Origin: an uncultured Chroococcidiopsis sp.
Lineage (GTDB): Bacteria > Cyanobacteriota > Cyanobacteriia > Cyanobacteriales > Chroococcidiopsidaceae
DNA length: 46,332 nt
Assembly (NCBI GenBank): GCA_964248365.1
Contig: CAXTYC010000040.1
Location: 1-46,332 of the forward strand
Direction: 5' to 3'
Made by a program: the position numbers and the translations under genes. The notes beneath the pieces were generated by a model, which worked only from the letters and a program-made list of their open reading frames with translations, was not told the DNA's origin and searched no databases. This document shows positions 10,065-20,722 of this stretch, one piece after another (the stretch's first letter is position 1; each line of letters opens with the position of its first letter).

Positions 10065-12755
10065 ATGAGAATCCTCAAAATCCTGACTTTACGCGGTCCC
10101 AACTACTGGAGCATTCGACGCCACAAGCTAATCGTCATGCGACTCGACTTGGAAGACTTAGCCGAGAAGCCATCAAATGAAATTTCAGCCTTCTATGAAG
10201 GATTAGTGGAAACACTACCAAGCCTAGAGGCGCACTTTTGTTCCCCAGGCTGTCGGGGAGGCTTCTTGATGCGGGTGCGAGAAGGCACGATGATGGGACA
10301 TATTGTGGAACACGTCGCCCTAGAATTGCAAGAACTTGCCGGAATGCGAGTAGGCTTTGGTCGCACACGCGAAACCTCCACACCTGGAGTTTACCAAGTG
10401 GTGATCGAGTACAAAGATGAGCAAGCTGGGCGCTATGCCGCCCGTGCCGCCGTGCGTCTATGCCAAAGTATTGTAGAAAGAGGGAAATATCCTCAATCCG
10501 AATTAGAGCAAGATTTACAAGACCTAAAAGATCTCTACCGAGATTCGGCTTTAGGACCTAGTACCGAAGCAATAGTCAAAGAAGCAGAAGCTAAAGGCAT
10601 TCCCTGGATGCAATTGGGTGCTCGCTTTTTGATTCAGCTAGGCTATGGTGTGAACCAAAAGCGGGTTCAAGCAACCATGACCGCTCGGACGGGAATCTTA
10701 GGAGTAGAACTGGCTTGCGATAAAGAAGGCACTAAACGTATCCTGGCAAACGCTGGCGCGCCTGTGCCAAAGGGAACGGTAATTAGCTATTTAGATGAAT
10801 TAGAAGATGCGATCGCATCGGTCGGCGGCTATCCCATCGTGATTAAGCCCCTAGATGGTAATCATGGCAGAGGGATCACAATTGATATTAAAAATTGGTT
10901 AGAAGCAGAAACAGCCTACGATGCAGCAAGAGATGTTTCCCGTTCAGTAATTGTCGAGCGTTATTACGTTGGGCGTGACCATCGGGTACTAGTAGTAGAT
11001 GGCAAAGTAGTAGCAGTAGCTGAACGAGTGCCAGCCCATGTGGTAGGAAATGGTGTAAATACAATCTTGGAACTGATTGAACAAACAAATCAAGATCCAA
11101 ATCGCGGCGAAGGACACGACAATGTACTCACCCGCATCGAACTTGATCGCACCAGCTACCAGCTTCTAGAACGGCAAGGATACACTCTAGAAACAATCCT
11201 GCCAAACGGTGAAATCTGCTATCTTAGGGCAACGGCAAACTTGAGTACAGGCGGAATCGCTGTCGATCGCACCGATGATATCCACCCAGAAAACGTCTGG
11301 CTGGCGCAACGAGTAGCTAAAATTATCGGTCTGGATATCGCAGGCATTGATATTGTTACACCAGATATTAGCCGACCTTTACGAGAAGTGGGTGGTGTAA
11401 TTGTAGAAGTTAATGCCGCCCCAGGCTTCCGAATGCACGTTTGTCCTAGTCGCGGTATTCCCCGCAACGTAGCAGGTGCAGTGCTAGATATGCTGTTCCC
11501 GCCAGGGACACCTAGTAGAGTACCGCTGATTGCCATAACTGGTACGAATGGCAAAACCACCACTACCAGATTGATAGCTCACATCTTCAAACAAACTGGT
11601 CGGATTGTTGGTTACACTACTACTGATGGCACTTATATCGGCGACTACCTAGTAGAACCAGGAGATAACACAGGTCCCCAAAGCGCTCAACTGATATTAC
11701 AAGATCCAACCGTAGAAGTAGCCGTTTTGGAATCGGCAAGAGGTGGAATTCTGCGCTCGGGACTTGCTTTTGAAGCAAGTGATGTTGGAGTGGTTTTGAA
11801 TGTAGCAGCAGATCACTTGGGTATTGGTGATATTAATACTATCGAACAGATGGCTCATGTGAAGAGTGTCGTAGCAGAAGCCGTGCTACCTACTGGCTAT
11901 GCGGTACTCAATGCCGATGATCCACTAGTAGCACCTATGCGCGATCGCGTCAAGTCTCAGGTAGCTTTCTTCTCCATGAATCCAGAAAATCCACTGCTGC
12001 GAGAACATACTCAAAAAGGCGGATTGGCAGCTGTATATGAAAATGGCTATCTGTCGATTCTCAAAGGCGATTGGACGCTGCGGATTGAGCAGGCGGTAAA
12101 TGTGCCTCTGACCCTAGAGGGACGAGCGCCTTTTATGATTGCCAACGCCTTGGCAGCAAGTTTAGCAGCCTTTGCTCATGGCGTTACACTCGAACAAATT
12201 CGTGCTGGATTAAACACGTTCCGTGCAGGAGCAAATCAGACACCAGGACGCATGAATTTGTTTAACCTGGGTGGCTATCACGCTTTGGTAGATTATGCCC
12301 ACAATCCTCATAGTTACGAAGCACTTGGGGGTTTTGTCCGTAATTGGAATACGGGAGAAAGGATCGGTGTAGTGGGAGGACCTGGCGATCGCCGCGATGA
12401 AGACTTTGTTACTTTAGGCAAACTATCGGCGGAAATCTTCGATCGCATCATCATTAAAGAAGATGACGATACCAGAGGTCGCCCCAGAGGTGATGCAGCC
12501 GCGTTAATTGCTAAAGGGATCGGGCAAGTTCTGCCAAATTTACAATTTGAAACCATTCTCGATGAGACACAAGCAATTAACAAAGGTCTAGATAGTGCTT
12601 CGAGTGGCAGCTTGGTAGTAATCTTACCTGAAAGTGTTACTCGTGCTATCAGTTTGATTGAAGCACGTAACCCGATCAAGGAGGATGTATTACCATCGCC
12701 TTCATCCACAACCGAGACAACCTCTGTTGGCGTACAGTCAACAGTTGCTAATTAG
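10065..12755 (+). CDS. cphA: cyanophycin synthetase
   Basis: LRGPNYWS, ATP-grasp KPLDGNHGRG / EVNAAPGFRMH, Mur-ligase ITGTNGKTTT, DYAHNP. Confidence 0.98.
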   Translation: MRILKILTLRGPNYWSIRRHKLIVMRLDLEDLAEKPSNEISAFYEGLVETLPSLEAHFCSPGCRGGFLMRVREGTMMGHIVEHVALELQELAGMRVGFGRTRETSTPGVYQVVIEYKDEQAGRYAARAAVRLCQSIVERGKYPQSELEQDLQDLKDLYRDSALGPSTEAIVKEAEAKGIPWMQLGARFLIQLGYGVNQKRVQATMTARTGILGVELACDKEGTKRILANAGAPVPKGTVISYLDELEDAIASVGGYPIVIKPLDGNHGRGITIDIKNWLEAETAYDAARDVSRSVIVERYYVGRDHRVLVVDGKVVAVAERVPAHVVGNGVNTILELIEQTNQDPNRGEGHDNVLTRIELDRTSYQLLERQGYTLETILPNGEICYLRATANLSTGGIAVDRTDDIHPENVWLAQRVAKIIGLDIAGIDIVTPDISRPLREVGGVIVEVNAAPGFRMHVCPSRGIPRNVAGAVLDMLFPPGTPSRVPLIAITGTNGKTTTTRLIAHIFKQTGRIVGYTTTDGTYIGDYLVEPGDNTGPQSAQLILQDPTVEVAVLESARGGILRSGLAFEASDVGVVLNVAADHLGIGDINTIEQMAHVKSVVAEAVLPTGYAVLNADDPLVAPMRDRVKSQVAFFSMNPENPLLREHTQKGGLAAVYENGYLSILKGDWTLRIEQAVNVPLTLEGRAPFMIANALAASLAAFAHGVTLEQIRAGLNTFRAGANQTPGRMNLFNLGGYHALVDYAHNPHSYEALGGFVRNWNTGERIGVVGGPGDRRDEDFVTLGKLSAEIFDRIIIKEDDDTRGRPRGDAAALIAKGIGQVLPNLQFETILDETQAINKGLDSASSGSLVVILPESVTRAISLIEARNPIKEDVLPSPSSTTETTSVGVQSTVAN

Positions 12756-12903
12756 GTTTGAAAGTTTTAACCTATTGGGCTAATTGGTAATTAATAGGGG
12801 CGGGTTTCAACGAGTTATCTGGAGGTTCACAAGTATGTCTAATAAACCCGCCCGTACGGTAATTGGTAATTGGTAGTTGAAATCACCCATTACCCATTAC
12901 CTA

Positions 12904-13089
12904 TTACCTATAATCCTGTGTATCAGTCTCTGAATCAGAAACTTCTTCTGGATCTTTTTTCAGTTCTTCTTTAAAACCACGTAGGGTTTTACCCAAGCTG
13001 CTACCAAGTTCGGGAATTTTCTTAGGACCAAAAATTAAAATTGCGGCGATCGCAATTACACCTACTTCCAGCCAGCCTAATCCAAACAT
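12904..13089 (-). CDS. tatA: twin-arginine translocase TatA/E
   Basis: MFGLGW.E..VI....ILIFGPKKIPELG..LGK.LRGFK. Confidence 0.93.
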   Translation of the reverse strand: MFGLGWLEVGVIAIAAILIFGPKKIPELGSSLGKTLRGFKEELKKDPEEVSDSETDTQDYR

Positions 13090-13238
13090 AGAATTTTACT
13101 GTAAATATCCTTAGATTAACTATAAATAGGTGACGATCGCTAATCAAATAGCGGCTAGCGGTTGCGAGAACGCTATTAGCGATTAGCTGTTAGCTGGCGC
13201 ACGTTAGTAAACTCTCTTTGTTTCTAGCAGTTGCAACA

Positions 13239-13359
13239 ACCGCCCCCTAATCAATTCACAGGCTTATAGCTTAAGTCGGATAAATCCGACTGCAATTGAT
13301 TTTTAGTCTACTTCAGTAGACTTGAGTTGTGAGCCTTGAACAGGTGTTCAAGGCGGGTT
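13239..13359. repeat. compound palindromic MITE/REP-like element
   Basis: AACCGCC...GGCGGGTT ends; internal hairpins AGTCGGATAAATCCGACT, AGTCTACTTCAGTAGACT, GCCTTGAACAGGTGTTCAAGGC. Confidence 0.7.
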
Positions 13360-13443
13360 TGACTACCAATTGAGAATATAGATAGCGTGTCAATTGTGTT
13401 TCTACTAGCTATTAGCTAATCGCTAAAAGCTAAAAGCTAATTA

Positions 13444-14847
13444 CTACATCCCAACAGAAGGAAGATGCTTTGTTGTAATCGGCAATTTTAACCACTCACT
13501 CAGTTCCAAGGCTAGCCAATCTAATTCCGCTTGTGTAATCTGATTATTCCTACCAAGTTCATACTTGTGTGCGCCTGCCCAAATAATAATCCTATTTATA
13601 GCCTTGCCAAAATATTCTAGTTCCAGCTTATTGATTTTTTGTATTGGTGCTGGATGCGATTGATTAAACTTAAATCCCAATATCTCGTAGGTAAAGGAAA
13701 TTTGCTGCTGATTGAGACACAACCGCACTCTTCCAAATAAATTCGATAAAATTCGCCGTACCATACCAATACCAGCACCCCAAAAGGGTAATGAGAATAG
13801 CACAAAGAAGATGTTAAAACCCATTGGTGCTGATAATACAGCAGTGCCTGTCCAGACTAGTATGAATGAATTCCAGGCGATCGCAAACAGAATCAAACTT
13901 CCGGTTTGGGTACTAAAACCCTGACTCGGCATCAGAATATCTAGAGAATTTGCGTTTTTAGTCAATTCTATTTTGCTACCAAAAGGCTTGCTGACAACTA
14001 GAGGAGCCTCATCTGTTTGTGGTTGTTCTAAAGCTTGTAGTGCTGCTCTAGCAGAAGCCAAACGCCGATCTAAACTCGGTTGTGTCATCCACCTTAACCA
14101 GTTAGCAAAAGCTGGAGAGAGTACCTCTTGCTGAAATTGAATTTTGCCATCTGTGTATGGTAAATCAGCCGGATGAGTACCCGTTACCAGGTAAATTAAA
14201 GTTGCGCCTAAGCTGTAGAGATCGGAAGCCGGAACAGTGCGATCGCCAAACTGTTCGGGAGGCATATAACCATAAGTTCCCACAATGGTCATCGTACCAC
14301 CTTCTTTTGCCGCCAAAGTCTGAACTGAACCGAAATCTACCAGGTAGACTTGACCGATACTACTACCAGAGCGATCGCTTAATAAAATATTACTAGGCTT
14401 GATGTCGCGGTGAATTACAGGTGGCTTACGCTCATGTAAGTAAATCAGGATTTCCAACAGTGATGACGCTAACTGCTTTACTTCCTGTTCGCTAAAACTA
14501 CGCCCAGCAAGGAGATATTCCTCTAGAGATTTCCCTTCTACATATGACTGTACTAAGGCAAATCCTTTACCATTGGGTGAATCAAGCTCAAAAAAATCTA
14601 GGTAGCGAGGAATAGCAGGGTGGGATAGAGATTTTAAAGTTTGTGCCTCGCGCTCAAATAGCTTCAGCGCATCCCATTCAAAATCACTGCCAAAAGACAG
14701 AATTTTGACTACTACTAATTCTCCACTAGAGCGATCGCGCGCTAGCAGTGTACGTCGTCCAGCCTTTAAAGCTAATTGCTGCTCAATCTCATAGCGTGAA
14801 GCTAGGGGATTATCCCAAAAGGGCATACCCAATTCTTGAGTAGACAT
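13444..14847 (-). CDS. Hanks-type Ser/Thr protein kinase with C-terminal transmembrane region
   Basis: VVVK, HRDIKPSN, LVDFG, GTYGYMPPEQ, DLYSLG; two hydrophobic helices in the C-terminal third. Confidence 0.95.
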   Translation of the reverse strand: MSTQELGMPFWDNPLASRYEIEQQLALKAGRRTLLARDRSSGELVVVKILSFGSDFEWDALKLFEREAQTLKSLSHPAIPRYLDFFELDSPNGKGFALVQSYVEGKSLEEYLLAGRSFSEQEVKQLASSLLEILIYLHERKPPVIHRDIKPSNILLSDRSGSSIGQVYLVDFGSVQTLAAKEGGTMTIVGTYGYMPPEQFGDRTVPASDLYSLGATLIYLVTGTHPADLPYTDGKIQFQQEVLSPAFANWLRWMTQPSLDRRLASARAALQALEQPQTDEAPLVVSKPFGSKIELTKNANSLDILMPSQGFSTQTGSLILFAIAWNSFILVWTGTAVLSAPMGFNIFFVLFSLPFWGAGIGMVRRILSNLFGRVRLCLNQQQISFTYEILGFKFNQSHPAPIQKINKLELEYFGKAINRIIIWAGAHKYELGRNNQITQAELDWLALELSEWLKLPITTKHLPSVGM

Positions 14848-15078
14848 AAAAAATTGTTTCTATTTATGTAATCCCCGAAATCATCCACAGGTAGTAGGAG
14901 CATCTAGGGCAATTATCTTAATTTTATGTGTCAACCTATACTTTTGGCTGTGACGGGCAAGAGAGCTGGGCGAACTGAGGAGATAAGGAGATGGGGAGAT
15001 GGGGTGAAATCCCCCCATTACAAGAGCCATCCCATCGGGTCATCCTCTTCTTCCTCTAGCTATAGCGCCTAAGCGCCT

Positions 15079-15570
15079 CTAGCCCCTGAAATCTGCTAGA
15101 TGAGTGAGAGATTCCCCCGTAACCCGACAAATGCGCCAATCTGGTAAAACGGCTGCTCCCATGCGACGATAAAAGGCGATCGCACTTTCATTCCAATCTA
15201 AAACACTCCACTCTAAACGCCCACAACCCCGTTCAACCGCCAGACTTGCTAAATACGATAATATCGCCTTACCAATACCTTGTAGACGATATTCTGGCAA
15301 AACAAACAAATCTTCTAGATAAATTCCTGGCTGAGTCAAAAACGTAGAAAAGTTATGAAAAAACAGGGCAAACCCAACAGCTTGTCCTGCATATTCAGCT
15401 ATGATTACCTCAGCATAGGGACGAGAACCAAACAAATGCTCATTTAAAGCATCAGCACTACCAGTAACGGCATCAGATAACTTTTCATACTCAGCCAGCG
15501 CTTGAATTAACTGAAATATTACTGGCACATCAGCTGGCTTAGCTGGACGTAAAATAAATTTGGAGTCCAT
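15079..15570 (-). CDS. GNAT N-acetyltransferase, diamine acetyltransferase-like
   Basis: LAEYEK, FSTF, YLEDLFV.PEYR.QGIG, EWSVLDWN..AIAFY. Confidence 0.92.
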   Translation of the reverse strand: MDSKFILRPAKPADVPVIFQLIQALAEYEKLSDAVTGSADALNEHLFGSRPYAEVIIAEYAGQAVGFALFFHNFSTFLTQPGIYLEDLFVLPEYRLQGIGKAILSYLASLAVERGCGRLEWSVLDWNESAIAFYRRMGAAVLPDWRICRVTGESLTHLADFRG

Positions 15571-15931
15571 GAGACAATTTTAGATTTTAGAGAGTTGGTC
15601 AAAACCAGCCACTGGACAGATTGCTCAACTCCACTTCAATTCATAGCTTTGCATAACTTTTTCAAAATTATACAATTGACACTAAATCTTTACACGTTTT
15701 TTATTTTCAAAACATTGTTTAGATCTCATTAAATATGTTTCTAAATCTTTAAATTATCTTGTTGTTTACAGCAGGCTTAATTTAAATAACTTTATATTTA
15801 TTCAATTATGATTCAGGATGTAAGTGTTTATGAGTTGCAAAAAATTTTGAAGATAGCAAAACTTTGAAGTTGATGTTTTGCTATTCAATTTTAAGCAATA
15901 TAGAAATGATTGATTGTAAGGATTAAAACCA

Positions 15932-16855
15932 TTGCGTACTAATAAATCGAGATTTTTAGCTACATTTTCCAGCTTGCTACTAATAGTAATAAATCCTTTA
16001 AGTGCTACAGGATAAACAACTTCATTACCCACCAGTATTGCTCAGCAATCATGTGAAGGTATAGGGAATCCATTATCTAAAGCAGATCTTAATGCTCGTG
16101 CTCAAAATTTAGATATAGGCGATCGCAATAATTCACAAGTACTTGAAAATGCTTTTGAAAGATTTTCTGTGCCTAGCATGAGTGTTCTAGGTCTTGAAGG
16201 AGGCGCAATAGTTGAAATCAGAGCACAGCCAAATACTAAACCCTACCCATCAGGAGCTAGAACTGTACAAACAGGTGGAGCTTATAAGTCTGTAGAGCCA
16301 GATGGTGTAGCACCTCTGCTTGTAGCAATTAGAACTCAAAAGCCTAAAGGGATTACCTTGGTCAATTACAAAGAAAGCATATTCTATGATGCGAAGGCGG
16401 TTGTAGGGAGAATCTCTCTTAGCGTTGAAAATTATCAAGCGTTAGGTTTTGTTGATGCTCTGACTCAATCAGATGCAGGCAAACTATACAACACTCCAAA
16501 AGTTATACGTCCTACTCCAAGGCTTATATATTTAACAACATCAGACACGATAATCGGCAACAGTACAATAGAGAAGGCAACAAGAGAAGGTGTTGCTCTA
16601 TTTCAGCACGTTGTCTGCGATAACATTCCCAATGGAGGGACGCTTGGAACTAATGATATAGTGATGGGTAAAGGTATTCCCCTAAATTTTGGTATTTACA
16701 AAGGTAAACCAACTCCCTCTGTTCCACTAAAACCAGGATTACCCAGTACTCTTGGTCCACTTCTACCTCAGGCTCAGACTCCGCCACTATCGCCACCATC
16801 AGATGGATGCTTTAAATCTTCTACTCCTTATTGTCCTGGTGGTTGTTGTATCTAA
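15932..16855 (+). pseudogene. secreted protein with probable PD-(D/E)xK nuclease fold, interrupted by one TAA
   Basis: TTG 15932 MRTNKSRFLATFSSLLLIVINPLSATG then TAA at 16013-16015; the same frame continues into ORF 16169-16855 with AFE..PDGV..FYDAK. Confidence 0.6.
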
Positions 16856-17125
16856 GCAATGATAGAAGTAATGTTTAGATAGGCAAGTAGCTTAAAGTGT
16901 AGCTCTTACTACATTATCAAAAACGGCAGAGTTCAAATTGGCACAAATAACTTCAAGCGTTGGGATGGAGGAAGGTAGTTTGTGCGAAACTCTTAAAGGC
17001 AAGCAATTTGACAGTAAAAAGAGAACTTGAATAGACTTCTTGCACGAATAACTCAATTGGGTTTTCTTTTCTCCTGTAGAGACGCGAAATTTCGCGTCTG
17101 GCACAAGTCAAATTTTGTTTAATTT

Positions 17126-17695
17126 ATGATTCATGCAAGAGGTCTAATGACAAATGTACTGAGTACCAATGCAATGCTAATACCAATTTTCCTAGATGAT
17201 GACACAAAGAGCGATCCCCCTAGCCCCCTTATAAAGGGGGTTTGGGAGATCGTAAAAAGTGCAAGTTTATGGAGAAACGGTATAAAATTCTTTCGCTTAA
17301 CTAAATTAATACCTGCTGCTTTAATTTTGGTGACGGCTAAAATGGCTTTTAGTAACCCAGTACCTGGCAGCTCGAGATATTTAGTATCTAAAAGTTCAGA
17401 TTCTCAACCAAATTGCTTTATTCAAAAAACAGATGGCACAACTTTGAACCTAAGTAGTATCTGTGGAAAAGTAATTTATAAAAATCCTTTGATTAATTAT
17501 AGTAAAGAAGAACCTGAAACTCTTACTATTCCCTTGACAAACGAACAAGGAGAAGTAACTAACCCAGACACAGTGAGAGATTTGATTTGTAAGAGTGCAT
17601 TTGAGCAAGCTAAATTTAGAGAGTGTCTACAAGCCATCTCTAATGTTGACGTGTCTATTAATGATACTTCTCCCTTTTGCGTACTTATGACGTAG
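17126..17695 (+). CDS. hypothetical, probably exported Cys-containing protein; true start likely downstream of 17126
   Basis: Signal-like KFFRLTKLIPAALILVTAKMAFS and CFIQKTDGTTLNLSSICG; the 5' part of the ORF runs through intergenic-type palindromes (17110-17250). Confidence 0.5.
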   Translation: MIHARGLMTNVLSTNAMLIPIFLDDDTKSDPPSPLIKGVWEIVKSASLWRNGIKFFRLTKLIPAALILVTAKMAFSNPVPGSSRYLVSKSSDSQPNCFIQKTDGTTLNLSSICGKVIYKNPLINYSKEEPETLTIPLTNEQGEVTNPDTVRDLICKSAFEQAKFRECLQAISNVDVSINDTSPFCVLMT

Positions 17696-17778
17696 CTAGC
17701 CCTCCACATAGAGGGCTTTTTCAGCTAGAATATGTAATTAGAAAATAGTGTAATCAGGGTGATATTTTAAGTAATTTT

Positions 17779-18749
17779 GGTAGTGATAAATATGTAGTGA
17801 TAGACTAGAATTACTGACTTTAAATATTTTAGTTTGTTGTCTAACCTAAATGGGTAATTTGTTTTTTATCCTGGTGGATTGAGAAAATATCTTTTAAAAA
17901 TTAAATGTTTAGCCCCAAAGTGTTAATATTTTTGAGAAGCAATATTCATAAGTAAATTCTTAACTTTCTAGTAATGAACTCTGACTTCAAACCAATCTGT
18001 CCTCGCTGTGGCTCTTTTGCACATTGTCAAAAACGGCAGGATTCATAACAAAAAACCTAAATATAAATGTCAAGATTGCGGTCGCCAGTTCGGTGAAAAT
18101 CCTACAAAAAAATATGTCGCTCTAACCCTACTCAATTAGATTGACAAGATGTTACTAGAAAAAATTCCTCTGGCTGGGATTACTTGGGTAACTGGTGTCT
18201 TTAAAAAGTGGCTACAGGACTACGTTAACGCCTTATATAGCAAGGTTCCTCAGCAACTAGAAGTAACTTCAAAACATGAAGGAAAGTTAACTATTGAATG
18301 TGATGTTCGCTTAGTTGCCGCAGGCTAGCCTGGTCGTTCGTTAATTTCAAGGGTCATAAGCAATAGATTTGGCTCGCCCTTGATGCTAATACAAGAGAAA
18401 TTGTTGGAATCTATATTGGCAACCGTAGCCGAGAATCAGCATTAAAACTTTAGCATTCTCTGCCTCCAATTTATCGACAATGTGCAGTTTGTTATACAGA
18501 TTTTTGGGACGCTTATCAAGGTGTTATCCTAGCCATGCGTCACAAAGCTGTTGGCAAAGATAGCGGTAAAACTAATCATATAGAAAGATTCAACAACACT
18601 ATGAGGCAAAGAATTTCTCGTCTAGTTAGGAAAACTTTATCTTTCTCAAAGAAGCTGGAAAACCATATGGGAGCTATTTGGTATTTTATTCATTATTACA
18701 ATGCGTCTTTACAGACTTAGAGCACTATCACTACATATTTACTACTACC
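17779..18749 (+). mobile_element. IS1-family insertion sequence, transposase pseudogene
   Basis: 25-bp terminal IRs 17779-17803/18725-18749 (2 mismatches), 8-bp TSD GTAATTTT (17771-17778, 18750-18757); fragments CPRCGS, YKCQDCGRQF, CYTDFWDAY, TNHIERFNNTMRQRISRLVRKTLSFSK with stops and frameshifts. Confidence 0.93.
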
Positions 18750-18761
18750 GTAATTTTTACT

Positions 18762-19424
18762 TTAATTCATCACCATATAATCTATCCGCTCGAAATCATC
18801 ACGCCTAAAACTTTCGAGCTGGAAAGTAATTTGCTGAGTAAACCTGAAATCGTCCCACTTAATAGGTGGAATATAGGCATCTTGCTCTCGCAAAAATTTA
18901 TCAGTGAAATTGTAAGGGTTCCCAATGTCCTCAACTGTAAGCTGACGCAGCCGAGATTGAAACTGGTAAATTCCAGGGGACTCCTTGTACTCATCCTCTT
19001 GCGTTAGACATTGAGACTCGAATTTCAGACTTTCGATTGATTCACCACTGTCAAACAAGTGATATCCGACCTTGCCACCAGTATCGCTAATGTAATAGTA
19101 AATCACTCTAGTCGAAAGCAAGCCAGACAGCATTTGCAAGTCTTCATCTGTGATAGGCTTCTGGTCAGGTGAAAACTTTAGTCCATGCATTAAAGTCCAA
19201 GGGTGTTCTTGTAACTGAAAGACTACATAACTACAGCCTTGAATTTCCATTTTTCGTTCATATACATCTCGTTTCCAGAGAAGCACTTGTTGCCACTGAT
19301 GACATCCTTGCGCCACTTGCTCTATGGGTGCTTTTACTAGGATGAAGTAGTCATTCAAATCGACACAATCAATACCTCGACGCTGCTTGATAGGAATGTG
19401 TTTTGGTATGGCAATAAAATACAT
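18762..19424 (-). CDS. hypothetical protein, candidate immunity-type
   Basis: 220-aa ORF, acidic/aromatic, no enzyme motif recognised; convergent with the nuclease-like gene. Confidence 0.65.
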   Translation of the reverse strand: MYFIAIPKHIPIKQRRGIDCVDLNDYFILVKAPIEQVAQGCHQWQQVLLWKRDVYERKMEIQGCSYVVFQLQEHPWTLMHGLKFSPDQKPITDEDLQMLSGLLSTRVIYYYISDTGGKVGYHLFDSGESIESLKFESQCLTQEDEYKESPGIYQFQSRLRQLTVEDIGNPYNFTDKFLREQDAYIPPIKWDDFRFTQQITFQLESFRRDDFERIDYMVMN

Positions 19425-19498
19425 AGCTTAAAATCACCTTTGGGCAAAAAATGTAGAGGCGCACCATGACACGTCTCTACAAATCTAAAATCCTCGCC

Positions 19499-20722
19499 TC
19501 AAAACAACCAACCCTTCAACCGCTTAGCTATATGAGGACGGCGCAATTTCCGCATAGCCTTGCTTTGAATTTGCCGCACTCTCTCCCTAGAGAGATTAAA
19601 CATACAACCTACTTCTTCCAGCGTACAGGGTTCACTAGTAGTCAAACCATAACGCAGAGAAATTACGTCTTTTTCCCTGGGAGTTAGTACATCGCCCAAC
19701 ACGTCCCAAATCTCCTGACGCATCATAGTTTCACTCATTTGTTGTTCAGGAGATTGCCCATCTTCATCTTCGAGCAAATCGACCAACTCAGTATCTTCTT
19801 CTTTGCCGACGCGATGGTTGAGAGATAGAGATTTGCGACGCAGCTGTTGCAGTTGGCGCAAATGTTCTGGGGTAACTTCTAAAGCTTGTGCCAGTTCAGA
19901 TTCAGAAGGATTGCGTTGTAATTGCTGCTTTAGTTCTCGTTGAAATTTTTTAAGTTTATTTAACTTTTCAACAACATGAATAGGTAAACGGATTGTGCGA
20001 GAATCATTGGCGATCGCGCGTGTAATTGCTTGTCTAATCCACCAATAAGCATAAGTAGAAAACTTATAACCTTTATCGGGATCAAACTTTTCCGCCGCGC
20101 GGTTCAGCCCCATCGCTCCTTCCTGAATTAAATCCAGAAATGGCAAGCCGCGATTTAGATATCGCTTGGCGATTGAAACTACCAATCGCAAATTGGAGCG
20201 AATCATCTTACGTTTTGCCACCCGACCTAAATATAGGCGGTGTTCCAATTGGCGTTCTGGTATTCCCAACGCTGCTACTAATTCCGCACGTCCCGTTTGA
20301 TAATTTTCTTTGTGCAAACGATTTTGCAGTTCTTCAACTTCTACTAAAAATCGTACCCGACGGGCTAATTCCACCTCTTCATCAGCTTTGAGCAATGGGT
20401 AACGTGCCATTTCTTTAAAAAAGGCTCCCACTGCATCATCAAACTGCGTTTTTCGGTATTCGGAAGCCCGTGCTGCTCCTATTTCATCATCCTCTCTCTC
20501 ATCCGCCTCCCAGTCTTCTGGTAAGGAAGAATAAATTTCCTCTGACTCAGGTGCTTCTAAAATTTCGAGTGACGATGCTTCTAAATCAACAGTATTAGCA
20601 CTACCCGATTGTACTACCTGATTTAACGTGCTGATTGCGTTTAATTCAGCCAGATCTAAGTTCACGTTTAATTCAGGAGTCGGTAGGCGATCGTGTTGGT
20701 ACGGCTGCTTTCTTTCGTACAT
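19499..20722 (-). CDS. sigE: group 2 RNA polymerase sigma factor, SigE-like
   Basis: DAVGAFFKEMARYPLL region 1.2, NLRLVVSIAKRY, KFSTYAYWWIRQ, LSRERVRQIQ. Confidence 0.88.
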   Translation of the reverse strand: MYERKQPYQHDRLPTPELNVNLDLAELNAISTLNQVVQSGSANTVDLEASSLEILEAPESEEIYSSLPEDWEADEREDDEIGAARASEYRKTQFDDAVGAFFKEMARYPLLKADEEVELARRVRFLVEVEELQNRLHKENYQTGRAELVAALGIPERQLEHRLYLGRVAKRKMIRSNLRLVVSIAKRYLNRGLPFLDLIQEGAMGLNRAAEKFDPDKGYKFSTYAYWWIRQAITRAIANDSRTIRLPIHVVEKLNKLKKFQRELKQQLQRNPSESELAQALEVTPEHLRQLQQLRRKSLSLNHRVGKEEDTELVDLLEDEDGQSPEQQMSETMMRQEIWDVLGDVLTPREKDVISLRYGLTTSEPCTLEEVGCMFNLSRERVRQIQSKAMRKLRRPHIAKRLKGWLF

